A stretch of 28,364 nucleotides of DNA from Oligoflexales bacterium (GTDB lineage: Bacteria > Bdellovibrionota_B > Oligoflexia > Oligoflexales > RGVZ01): positions 1 to 28,364 of the forward strand of contig JBIIGV010000030.1 in assembly GCA_044236265.1 (NCBI GenBank). Reading direction: 5' to 3'. Shown here in pieces: positions 1 through 8,529 of the stretch. Made by a program: the position numbers and the translations under genes. Numbering within the stretch: position 1 is the stretch's first letter; every line of letters starts with the position of its first letter. The notes under the pieces were generated by a model. That model saw only the letters and a list, made by a program, of their open reading frames with translations. It searched no databases and had not been told where the DNA came from.

Positions 1-681
1 GCCCGCGCAGAAGCGGGAGATGTTATGAGGAAAATGATACTTGAAGTGGATCCAATTGCTCCGGCCTCGTCGGCGTACGAGCAGTCAATCAATGGGATCA
101 CAACAAGCAAGTACGGCGCTGGGGTTGATTTTAATTTGGGGACGACTGTGTCGACAGGTCCAGAAATTTGGTCAGGTACATTTGTAGCGCGCGGTGATGA
201 CAGCGGAGCATCGTATCGGCGAGAAGATTTGTGGCCAGGTGAGCGTCATAAAATTGATGCCATGCGTTTTCGATGGTCCGTCGGTGTCTGGGAACAAGGA
301 CAATCCATGCGCGGATGGTATTTTAAAGCTGCATATAATTGGACACGCATCAACAGCCGTGCCAATCGATTCACGGAGACAATCTCCGATGGCCTTAGTG
401 CATCAGTAAATGACAGTCCAAATGATGAAACGGATTTGATCACTGATATGCGTCACGGGATCAGTCTTGCCTTCGGAAATCGTTGGGTCATTGGCGAAAA
501 CTTTATGGCCGGAATTGGCGCAAGTGTGACTCACAATTTCCGACGCGCCGTGGCAGTTGATAGTAAGGATCCTATGGCTAAGGCTGATTATGAGGATCTC
601 ATCAATCATGCACTGCCTGATACGAGAATGGCTGTAAGACCAACGCCTGAAGTGAATATTGGTCTTGGTTACAGTCTGTAG
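1..681 (+). CDS. Putative outer-membrane beta-barrel protein, 5'-truncated by the window edge
   Basis: Frame is open from base 1 (ARAEAGDV precedes the ATG at 25; ARA resembles a signal-peptidase site). Amphipathic aromatic/Gly strands (GWYFKAAYNW, GISLAFGNRW) and a beta-signal-like C-terminus VNIGLGYSL. Confidence 0.6.
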   Translation, partial: ARAEAGDVMRKMILEVDPIAPASSAYEQSINGITTSKYGAGVDFNLGTTVSTGPEIWSGTFVARGDDSGASYRREDLWPGERHKIDAMRFRWSVGVWEQGQSMRGWYFKAAYNWTRINSRANRFTETISDGLSASVNDSPNDETDLITDMRHGISLAFGNRWVIGENFMAGIGASVTHNFRRAVAVDSKDPMAKADYEDLINHALPDTRMAVRPTPEVNIGLGYSL

Positions 682-708
682 TTTTTTTGTTTTAAACTTA
701 CACCCTCC

Positions 709-746
709 GGGCAATCGATCGAAAGGTTGATTGCCCAATTTCTTTT
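709..746 (+). terminator. Intrinsic terminator-like hairpin
   Basis: GGGCAATCGATC-GAAA-GGTTGATTGCCC: 12-bp stem with two G:U pairs and a GNRA loop, followed by AATTTCTTTT, just after the stop at 681. Confidence 0.65.
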
Positions 747-764
747 GTATGATATAAACGCGAG

Positions 765-1691
765 ATGTCGATTATCTGGTTTTTACCTTTTATGCTTTTT
801 GCTGCCAGTCCGTGGTGTGACTCCTCATGGGCTCTGGCGCTTGGACTTTTCGTAAGTCTTTTATTGCAGTGGCCGCTTCCAACTCAACTTCGCAACGGTG
901 GCAAGTGGCTCATGCAAATTTCTATCGTTGGTTTGGGCTTTGCTTTGGACCCGTCCGCCGTCCAGCGTGCCGGCACACAGTCTGTAGTTGTGACCTTGGT
1001 TGGCCTGATTGGAATTATGGCGGTAGCATTTGTCGTAGCAAAGCCTCTCAAAATTAATGCTTCAACGGGCTCTCTGATTGCTGCAGGAACTGGGATTTGT
1101 GGCGGTAGCGCCATTGCGGCGATGTCCCCGGTTGTCGGTGCTTCAAGCGCTGAAACGGCTGTCGCATTGGCCACAGTTTTTTCACTGAATGCGATCGCGC
1201 TTTTTGTGTTTCCACCCTTAGGGCACTTGTTTGCTTTAAATCCTGAGCAATTTGGGCTTTGGTCTGCGATAGCAATTCATGACACCAGTTCTGTCGTGGG
1301 AGCCGCAACTCAATTTCATCCGGACAGTGTAGCTGTTGCTGTGACAACCAAGCTTACGCGTGCCTTGTGGATTGTTCCCATGATTTTTGTGACGACATAT
1401 GTTGTTCGTCGCAATGGATCTGTTGATGGCCAGGGGAAGGCTAAAATTCCAGTATTCATTTTTTTATTTGTGTTGGCTGTGATCATTCATGCGCTGCTCC
1501 CCGAGATGCCCCAAGTTTATAAAGCGATCGATACTGCAGGTAAGTCGTTATTGAGAGTGGCTATCTTTCTTATCGGAGCTCAATTATCGAGGTCGATGAT
1601 CAAAAGTGTCGGAAGCCGGGCGCTGGCAATGGGAGTCATCCTGTGGGTGGTCATGGGGACGGGGTCACTGCTATGGGTGAGGACTTTGTAA
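765..1691 (+). CDS. YeiH/UPF0324 family membrane protein (putative sulfate exporter family)
   Basis: Polytopic hydrophobic protein with family motifs LIAAGTGICGGSAIAA, FGLWSAIAIHDTSSVVGA and KLTRALWIVP. Confidence 0.9.
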   Translation: MSIIWFLPFMLFAASPWCDSSWALALGLFVSLLLQWPLPTQLRNGGKWLMQISIVGLGFALDPSAVQRAGTQSVVVTLVGLIGIMAVAFVVAKPLKINASTGSLIAAGTGICGGSAIAAMSPVVGASSAETAVALATVFSLNAIALFVFPPLGHLFALNPEQFGLWSAIAIHDTSSVVGAATQFHPDSVAVAVTTKLTRALWIVPMIFVTTYVVRRNGSVDGQGKAKIPVFIFLFVLAVIIHALLPEMPQVYKAIDTAGKSLLRVAIFLIGAQLSRSMIKSVGSRALAMGVILWVVMGTGSLLWVRTL

Positions 1692-1707
1692 CAGATTTAA
1701 AAGCGAA

Positions 1708-1737
1708 CAGCCCGCCCTTTATAGTCAGGGCGAGCTG
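1708..1737. terminator. Hairpin between convergent genes (probable bidirectional terminator)
   Basis: CAGCCCGCCCT-ttatagtc-AGGGCGAGCTG, 11-bp stem with one mismatch, between the stops at 1691 (+) and 1756 (-). Confidence 0.55.
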
Positions 1738-1755
1738 CTGATGATTGCCAAAAGA

Positions 1756-3111
1756 TCACTTGAACTTTACGAAGCAGACCACTCCGTGCTTTTCACCTGG
1801 TTTGATGTCTTTGGCTGAACGAAATGTACCGGTCGCCATGTTGAAAACGCGTCCACCAGCCATCCAGAACGTGGTGGTCTGTGCTCCTAATTTTGGTGCG
1901 TCGCCGAATACGAGGTCCTTGATGTTGCGATCATAAGCGGCCTTCATGTCTGCTCCGTAAGGTAGCAGGCGTTTACCCGCTGGTTCATCCGCGTTGGCGG
2001 CAGGACAGAGTTTGAAACGTTGGCCTGCAGTGACTTTTTCCATCGATGGACGAACCCAGACGTTACAGTTGGCTGTATCCTGCCAGCGACCACGGCCAGT
2101 TGTAGTGTTTGTAGCCAGCAGTACAAAGTTGGCGCGATCTCCTTGCGGCACACAGACTGGGTTAGCCGCTAAGCTATCTGCATTCATGCGAACAAAGCCA
2201 TAGGAGTATGAATCCTGATTGGCAATGACAACCAGGTAAACCTTCGAGTCAGCGAGGCCAGTAATATTTATGCCCAATTGTTTTTTTGCATCAATTGTCG
2301 AAGTCATGGTCGAGAAAAGCTTACCAGATTTAGAAATGGCGGTTGATAGATCAGTTTTTGTAGGATTTGTTTCATCGTTGCGTGTTACCACGGCGATCTT
2401 CATAGATTTGACAGCATCACCAGCGCACGTCATTTGATCCATCGCTGTACCTACGAAGCCAGCAGCATCTTTACAGATGAGCTTGAGATTCAATGCGTTT
2501 GCAAGAAGTTTCGCAGACGCCACTTTTATCTCTGGGGCTTTTGCCCCGGAAGAACCCACTACGTTATCAACTCCATCTCGGGTTCCAACAACGGTCTCAA
2601 AGGCTTGAACGTTTGAATAGTCGTACTCAACAGTTGCATCCGCTTTCAGCGGAGATGGAAGTTGTTTTTTGACTCGTACGTAAAGCTGATCGTTGGCGTC
2701 TTTTTCGTTTACGAACTTCCCAACTTCATTGACCGCATAGTTGGTATAGCCAGAGCCACCAGCTGCTTCAATATAGTTCTTTTCACCAACTTTGATGGAC
2801 TTTAGTTTTGCTACACAGTTTACGGCGCCGATCGGGATTTCAAATGGTGCGGCTTCCACATCCATGGCTTCAACATCGTCGCACTCAACCTGAAGTTTGT
2901 AAGCAACGACAGGTTGCGCATCATCACCATCGGCGAGAGATAGCGAGTTTTGATCGTGTTCGGCGTTTCCTGCCTCAAAATCAACGGACGCCCAACCACT
3001 GTTGCTGCTACTGCTGCGTTTTCCGCGCGAGCTTCCCTGGTCTCCTTGGCAGGAGGTTATCGTAACCCCTAAAAGGGCGACTAACGCAGGAAAATAAAGC
3101 TTCGAGTTCAT
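1756..3111 (-). CDS. Lipoprotein (451 aa) with a C-terminal Lcl/DUF1566-like C-type-lectin-fold domain
   Basis: Start reassigned to ATG 3111 (SD GGGAGG upstream). Lipobox signal MNSKLYFPALVALLGVTITS-C and a Ser-rich linker. C-terminal pattern WQDTANCNVW...CP...RLLP...FW...VFNMATG...GVVCF resembles DUF1566. Confidence 0.7.
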   Translation of the reverse strand: MNSKLYFPALVALLGVTITSCQGDQGSSRGKRSSSSNSGWASVDFEAGNAEHDQNSLSLADGDDAQPVVAYKLQVECDDVEAMDVEAAPFEIPIGAVNCVAKLKSIKVGEKNYIEAAGGSGYTNYAVNEVGKFVNEKDANDQLYVRVKKQLPSPLKADATVEYDYSNVQAFETVVGTRDGVDNVVGSSGAKAPEIKVASAKLLANALNLKLICKDAAGFVGTAMDQMTCAGDAVKSMKIAVVTRNDETNPTKTDLSTAISKSGKLFSTMTSTIDAKKQLGINITGLADSKVYLVVIANQDSYSYGFVRMNADSLAANPVCVPQGDRANFVLLATNTTTGRGRWQDTANCNVWVRPSMEKVTAGQRFKLCPAANADEPAGKRLLPYGADMKAAYDRNIKDLVFGDAPKLGAQTTTFWMAGGRVFNMATGTFRSAKDIKPGEKHGVVCFVKFK

Positions 3112-3149
3112 GATGCGGCCTCCCAAACCTTGGTCCAATGTCAGAAGAT

Positions 3150-3177
3150 TCTTCGGAGTAAAGCGATCCATTCTTGA
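3150..3177 (-). promoter_or_regulatory. sigma28 (FliA)-like promoter
   Basis: Minus strand TCAAG-N15-TCCGAAGA, about 40 nt upstream of the lipoprotein ATG. Similar motifs at 10217 and 21032. Confidence 0.4.
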
Positions 3178-3319
3178 GCTAAATTTAAAAATATCTGATT
3201 TTATTAAATAAAATTTTAACCTTTCAAATGTCGTGCTAACGCCTCGGTCTGGCTGACAGGGCAAAAGCTGATGAAATTTTTGAAGTTTGTGTCTCTGTTT
3301 ACAGGCTAGTGCATTAAAG

Positions 3320-3895
3320 TCATTTAAATAGAAGAGAACGATATTGCTTCAACTCTTCAATGCTCTCCTTGATATCATCGAGGGCGCGATGTGAGCTTCT
3401 TTTCTCAATGAGGCTTGCTAGAGCGCCAGGTTGCCAAATCTTTCCTAAAATTTTGACCGTGCTGACGTCTACTAGTCTATAGTGAAGGTACGCGTCGAGC
3501 TGTTTCATGTGCTTGGCAATAAAGCGACGATCCTGCCAAATACTGTTACCGCAGAGTGGACTCTCCCGCGGTCCCACGTGTTTTTTAATAAAATCAACCG
3601 TCATGGTCTCTGCCTGTTTTTGAGAGACCGTCGATTTTAGTACTTTATCCCAGAGTCCACTTTTTGTGTGATGCTCTTGATTCCATGCGTCCATCGACTG
3701 GAACATCGATTCGGGTTGGTTGATGACGATCTCAGGACCTTCAGCGACGATGGAAAGATCCGTATCTGTTATGAGCGTTGCCATCTCGATAATGACATCA
3801 CGATCGGGATCCAACCCTGTCATCTCGAGATCCATCCATACAAGTTTCAAGGGAGCGTCATTTTTCTTTTTTTCGGTCACGATTCTTTCTCTCAA
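3320..3895 (-). CDS. orn: Oligoribonuclease (DEDDh exonuclease)
   Basis: LVWMDLEMTGLDP, IIEMATLITD, WNQEHHTKSGL, PLCGNSIWQDRRF, HYRLVDVST, HRALDDIKESIEELK. The start could instead be GTG at 3880. Confidence 0.96.
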   Translation of the reverse strand: MRERIVTEKKKNDAPLKLVWMDLEMTGLDPDRDVIIEMATLITDTDLSIVAEGPEIVINQPESMFQSMDAWNQEHHTKSGLWDKVLKSTVSQKQAETMTVDFIKKHVGPRESPLCGNSIWQDRRFIAKHMKQLDAYLHYRLVDVSTVKILGKIWQPGALASLIEKRSSHRALDDIKESIEELKQYRSLLFK

Positions 3896-3914
3896 TCTCT
3901 CTTATTACGATTTT

Positions 3915-4649
3915 TCAGTTAGCGCGAAACTCAAAGATTTTCTGCCTATCTGCAATCCATTCAAAAATAGAGTTTACTTGCACATCCTGCAAAATGTCTT
4001 TGTTTGATTTTATGGCTTGCCTAGCCACCTGCGTCTCTTCAAATGGGTTGCAAGAAGCAATGTAATAATCCTTACCCTCGTGAGTAGCTGAAATTGCGCC
4101 TGCCTGCATCAACGAATCGATGACTGCAGATGGTGTTGAGCCAGTGCGAGCTTTGGCGAGAATTTTAGATGGGCGATGGCCAAAAGATGACGGATAGAGA
4201 TTAGAATCGAGTATGCCTGTTGATGAATCTTGAAAGACCCAGTCCGCATGGCGTGGATCAAAAGAAAAGACAACGTTACCGCGGCTTGTTTTTACTAGTG
4301 CACGGCCTTGTGCTGCAAGGGGGTTTGATTCTGGCACTGACAACCATATCTGAATTTCGGTATCGGGAACCAGTTCGCTACTCGGCTGTCTTGTTGCAAG
4401 CCAGTGTCGAGCCGCTTCCTGTATGCGATCCTGGAATGAGTGTTTGCTGTAAATAAACGTTTCGTCTCCGAGGCGTATTTCATAATCACTCTCTAATTCA
4501 CATGCTTCGACAATTGGGTTTGGACTGCCCTGGGGAAATCCGGTGCAACTTATTTCGGCGATGGCCACCTCTGACATGCTAAAACCGAGAGCGATAGCAG
4601 TAAGACGAACCCAATTATGTTTTAAAAACCTGATCAAAGAGGCCCCCAT
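3915..4649 (-). CDS. Secreted hypothetical protein; C-terminal part resembles a subtilase (S8) prodomain
   Basis: Signal-peptide-like N-terminus (…LTAIALGFSMSEVAIA). 244-aa ORF ending 19 nt before orn on the same strand. Confidence 0.65.
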   Translation of the reverse strand: MGASLIRFLKHNWVRLTAIALGFSMSEVAIAEISCTGFPQGSPNPIVEACELESDYEIRLGDETFIYSKHSFQDRIQEAARHWLATRQPSSELVPDTEIQIWLSVPESNPLAAQGRALVKTSRGNVVFSFDPRHADWVFQDSSTGILDSNLYPSSFGHRPSKILAKARTGSTPSAVIDSLMQAGAISATHEGKDYYIASCNPFEETQVARQAIKSNKDILQDVQVNSIFEWIADRQKIFEFRAN

Positions 4650-4859
4650 CTCAACATCGGCAAGTGCCGAAGATTAAGGGGGTGCTCGGACGGTTTTTGT
4701 GAAAAGTTAAGGATCATTTGCGAAAAACAAACGCTGCCGTTGCGAAGCGTCCAAAATTTAAAGCTTTTTTCTTTGGGCTAGGGGTTTTAAGTTGCTTATT
4801 CATGGCCCCCATGGTCAGATAAGTCCGAAGTCTTTCACCCATTTGGAGAGTTATTCTTT

Positions 4860-5921
4860 ATGAAGCTGACGGCATTGAGATGTTTGGTTGGTCTTACTGC
4901 GATCGTATTCACCGGTCTGGCGCAAGCAGCCGAGCCTGCGTTTAAGGTTTTCGGTACGACAGTGACCATGGATGAAGTTGCCAAGGAAAAGCAGGGCGAC
5001 TTTTATGAGATTGATAAGAAAAAATATGAACTGATCGAGAGTATGGCTTTTGAAAAGTACCTCGAGAAGTTTTGGGAAAAGAAAGCTGCTGACCAAAAAA
5101 CGACGGTCTCAGAGGCGCGACGCGTTTACATGGAAAAAAACGCCAAAGTTTCCGAGTCTGAAGTACGTCAGATGGTTGAGAAGTACAAAGATAATCCCCA
5201 GTTTGCTAAATTCAGCAAAGACGAACAGCAAAAGCAGGTTCGTGAATTTTTGCGTGATCGCGCGTCTCGAAACATCGAGATGGACATCATCAAACAAGGA
5301 AAAAAGAGTGGCGATTTGGCGATTTCATTTCCAGAGCCAAAGGAACCTGTTTTTGCAATTGTCTTGAAAGACACAGACCAAACTCGTTATGGACCTGGCA
5401 TGGATGACATCAAACCGCTTGGTTGTGAGAGAAAGGCGTGCCCAATTACTATTGTTGAATACAGCGAATTTCAGTGTCCTTTTTGCTCCAAAGTTATGCC
5501 AGCCGTTAAGCGCATCTTGACCGAATATCGTGGTAAGATCAGTTGGACGGTTAGGGACTTCCCGCTCAGCTTTCATGATCGCGCCCGTCCGGCGGCCGTG
5601 GCTGCGCACTGTGCCGGTGACCAAGGAAAGTATTGGGGTATGTACCAAGCTATGTTTGATAACCAAACGGAGCTTCAGGACGAACATCTCAAGAAGTACG
5701 CACTAAAACTTGTGCCAAACAAGCCAAAGTGGGAAGAGTGCTTCAAAAATGCCTCTGCTAAGTACGCACTGATCGATGCCAATATGGAATCTGGGATGAA
5801 AGTTGGTGTGTCTGGGACCCCTGCGTTTTTTATTAATGGCCGGCGTCTCAGTGGGGCCTTGCCCTACGAGGAGTTTAAACGGGTGATTGATGACGAGCTT
5901 TCTCGTCGAAAAAAGAGCTAA
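4860..5921 (+). CDS. DsbA-family (Thioredoxin_4) periplasmic oxidoreductase with an N-terminal helical extension
   Basis: Signal peptide (…GLAQA), ITIVEYSEFQCPFC (CXXC), RDFPLSFH, cis-Pro loop GVSGTPAFFING. SD GGAGAG. Confidence 0.9.
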   Translation: MKLTALRCLVGLTAIVFTGLAQAAEPAFKVFGTTVTMDEVAKEKQGDFYEIDKKKYELIESMAFEKYLEKFWEKKAADQKTTVSEARRVYMEKNAKVSESEVRQMVEKYKDNPQFAKFSKDEQQKQVREFLRDRASRNIEMDIIKQGKKSGDLAISFPEPKEPVFAIVLKDTDQTRYGPGMDDIKPLGCERKACPITIVEYSEFQCPFCSKVMPAVKRILTEYRGKISWTVRDFPLSFHDRARPAAVAAHCAGDQGKYWGMYQAMFDNQTELQDEHLKKYALKLVPNKPKWEECFKNASAKYALIDANMESGMKVGVSGTPAFFINGRRLSGALPYEEFKRVIDDELSRRKKS

Positions 5922-5949
5922 TTTTAGATTGTTTGAACGTATAGAATTT

Positions 5950-5985
5950 CGGGAGCTTCGCAGGAAGCTCCCGTTTATTTTTTTA
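5950..5985 (+). terminator. Rho-independent terminator
   Basis: CGGGAGCTTC-GCAG-GAAGCTCCCG, perfect 10-bp stem followed by TTTATTTTTTT. Confidence 0.9.
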
Positions 5986-6128
5986 TTTAATTTTAAATAG
6001 TTAGCTGGTTGGCGGGATAGTAAAGGTTGACACTCCATCGTATCGCTGGCAAAAGGACCCAACTTCTATGTCTTTTATTTAATCAGATGAGTTGCATGCA
6101 ACTGATCAACGCGATCGAGGTTGGATAG

Positions 6129-7226
6129 ATGAAGTATTTTGAAAGCGCGCGTGCCGTTGCGGCATGGTCCATTGGATGTGTGATGTTTTTCAGTGCCTTT
6201 GCAGGGGACAGCCGGGCCTGCACGACCTTCAAGTTTTCGACCGAGGGACGTTCTTTTGTTGCAAAAAACTATGATTGGGACAAAGAGCAGGGGATGCTTT
6301 ACGTCAATAAACGTGGCGTTTCCAAACAATCTCTAAAAGTTTTTGCCAATGACCAGGTCCTTGAGTGGACGTCAAAATTTGGAAGTCTAACTTTCAATCA
6401 ATATGGACGCGAGTTGCCGAATGCGGGAATGAACGAGGCAGGTCTTGTAGTTGAAGTGATGGAGCTCGGAACATCAAGATTTGAAACAGCAGGTGCCAAG
6501 TCATCAGTTAACGAAAGTCAGTGGGTTCAGTTCATGTTGGATAATGCCGCATCCGTTGAGGATGTGAAAGCTTTGTCCAAAAATATTAGGATTTCGAAGA
6601 TCCTGGTGCCATTACATTATATGGTTTGTGACACCGACGGGAGCTGCGCTGCTTTTGAAAGTTTAAACGGCCGGCTTCTAATAACAGATCAGGTCCAACC
6701 TGACACCGCAGTTCTGACTAATCACACATATGCCGAGTCTATGACATACCTCGGACAGTTTGCAGGTTTTGGTGGCTCAAGAAATCCTCCGGCTGGAGAT
6801 GGGTCTCTTGAACGATTTGCTCGTGCCGCTACCTTTGTAAAAAATTCGCAGTTGGCCCGAGTCTCATCTTTTGATGTTGAAGACGGTTTTGAAGGTTTGA
6901 GTGCGGTTGAAACCTCAATAACCCAATGGAGTATCGTTTATGATTTGGGGCGCCGTCAGATCGCTTTCAAATCTCGTTCGTCAAGGGCGTTAAAAAGCGT
7001 GCAATTGAACAACTTCGACCTTGGTTGTTCCAGCCCTGTGATGGGCTTCCCGATCATTTCGCGGGACTCAGGCGATGTTTCAGCAATGTTTAGGCCCTAC
7101 AGTGATCAGCTTAATCGGCAGTTGGTTGAGAGCTCGCTAGCGGGCGATGTGCCTCGTCAGCTCATCGAGGCCGCAGCGAATCTTCCTGGTTCCACTCAAT
7201 GTGTATCGTCGATGGATCCTAATTAA
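6129..7226 (+). CDS. Secreted Ntn-hydrolase, choloylglycine hydrolase/penicillin V acylase family (C59)
   Basis: Signal peptide ending SRA, followed by nucleophile CTTF. Motifs KNYDW, GMNEAGL, LHYMVCD, LTNHTY, SLERFAR, TQWSIVYDL. Confidence 0.88.
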   Translation: MKYFESARAVAAWSIGCVMFFSAFAGDSRACTTFKFSTEGRSFVAKNYDWDKEQGMLYVNKRGVSKQSLKVFANDQVLEWTSKFGSLTFNQYGRELPNAGMNEAGLVVEVMELGTSRFETAGAKSSVNESQWVQFMLDNAASVEDVKALSKNIRISKILVPLHYMVCDTDGSCAAFESLNGRLLITDQVQPDTAVLTNHTYAESMTYLGQFAGFGGSRNPPAGDGSLERFARAATFVKNSQLARVSSFDVEDGFEGLSAVETSITQWSIVYDLGRRQIAFKSRSSRALKSVQLNNFDLGCSSPVMGFPIISRDSGDVSAMFRPYSDQLNRQLVESSLAGDVPRQLIEAAANLPGSTQCVSSMDPN

Positions 7227-8529
7227 ATAAGTCGATGATTGCTTTTACACTTCGGTTTATTGATTGCTCGGCTTGGTCGCTAGCGGGCTGGATGACCCCC
7301 GAAATTCCGTCAGAGACCCGATCACCGATAATTGATTTTTGAATAGCTTCGAGAGGATTGAAAGGTCGCACATTGCGTTTTGTGTCGATCGTTTTCCATC
7401 CAAATGTGTAGGTTTTTACCATGACTGGAAGCTCTGAAGAGCTGGAATCAACAGCAAGTGTTTTTAAGTCAATTCCTAACGATGAGATCATCATTTTAAA
7501 TTGATTCAGACTCAGCGCAGATGCGAAAGCCTTTTTGTACCAGCTGCCTGTCATGACAGCGGTAATTGTGGGAATCGTCTCGAGTCTCGGCATACAGGCG
7601 TCACCTGTACATACGGAGCTTGTCATGGTTGATGGGTCAAGCGGCCCAAAACTGACCTGAACAATCGCAGGTTGGGTGTTCCCTCCTGACGGGCTATAAG
7701 TGCGCTGTGTGGATATCTGAAGGATGTCTGCATTTTCTTTCTTTGGCTGATAAATTACAGATTCAATCGATATTTCGTCCATGGTGTCTTTTGGAAGTGA
7801 AAAGCCAACTGGAATCATGCTGACCATGAAACTTGTTTTAACGGTCTTCGTTCGGTCTATGCTGATTCCAGCCTTGAAATATAGTGGCAGCCATGCGCCT
7901 TGATTCAAGTCTCTAAGTTGGCTGTAGGCGGATTTTGACTCTGCCGCCAAAGAATCCATTCCTCCTTGAATCTCCGCTTCACGAGCCGTCTCTAGACCCA
8001 TTAGCTGCGAGCCTAGTTGAATGGCAAACGGATTGATGGCATTTGAGTCTTTATTGGGTGAAGGAGTCAGGATCTTAAATAGCATTCCGACGATACTGCT
8101 GTTGATTGGAAGGACTTTCGATCCAAAGGTTCGAGTTGTCCAATAAAAGTGGATGGCGTTGTCTGCGTTGTCTGTCGCTGGTGCCTTCAAGTTGTGGTGA
8201 ATACTGCGAATGCGGGTTGCCATCATCAAATCCATGTTCAACAGCATTTTTCGAAGTGAACTAATTGGTCCTGGGGTTGCGGACCCTGAGTATCCAAATG
8301 ATTTGTCGGTTCCGTAGAATTGCTGGCCTAAGGTTTTCAACGAGCTTTCTCTGATTGCAGATGAGAAATTTTCAACGAGGATTCGCCGAGTTTCTGGGTC
8401 CACGTATCCTGATTTCGATGTAATCAATACGGGGTGCAAATTTTTGGTTGACTGTGCCAGCGCAACGCTGGGAATCCACAATCCGAGGAGCGTGATGGCG
8501 ATTATAAAATTTAGCCTCTCTCTATTCAT
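7219..8529 (-). CDS. Secreted hypothetical protein (436 aa)
   Basis: Signal peptide (…LLGLWIPSVALA-Q). Start overlaps the stop of the upstream hydrolase gene (ATGA at 8526-8529). The 3' end overlaps the convergent Ntn-hydrolase gene by 8 nt. Confidence 0.75.
   Translation of the reverse strand: MNRERLNFIIAITLLGLWIPSVALAQSTKNLHPVLITSKSGYVDPETRRILVENFSSAIRESSLKTLGQQFYGTDKSFGYSGSATPGPISSLRKMLLNMDLMMATRIRSIHHNLKAPATDNADNAIHFYWTTRTFGSKVLPINSSIVGMLFKILTPSPNKDSNAINPFAIQLGSQLMGLETAREAEIQGGMDSLAAESKSAYSQLRDLNQGAWLPLYFKAGISIDRTKTVKTSFMVSMIPVGFSLPKDTMDEISIESVIYQPKKENADILQISTQRTYSPSGGNTQPAIVQVSFGPLDPSTMTSSVCTGDACMPRLETIPTITAVMTGSWYKKAFASALSLNQFKMMISSLGIDLKTLAVDSSSSELPVMVKTYTFGWKTIDTKRNVRPFNPLEAIQKSIIGDRVSDGISGVIQPASDQAEQSINRSVKAIIDLFN

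Noticed and set aside
3223..3239. sigma54-like TAGCACGACATTTGAA on the minus strand
   Set aside because: Both invariant dinucleotides (GG and GC) are mismatched.
3112..3264. N-terminal extension of the 1756..3264 ORF
   Set aside because: The SD and lipoprotein signal peptide begin at ATG 3111; the upstream part is AT-rich promoter DNA.
3255..3290. ACAGGGCAAA…GAAA resembling the start of a c-di-GMP-I riboswitch
   Set aside because: No pairing stem around GAAA, no GACGCAAA segment, and the wrong strand for the downstream gene.
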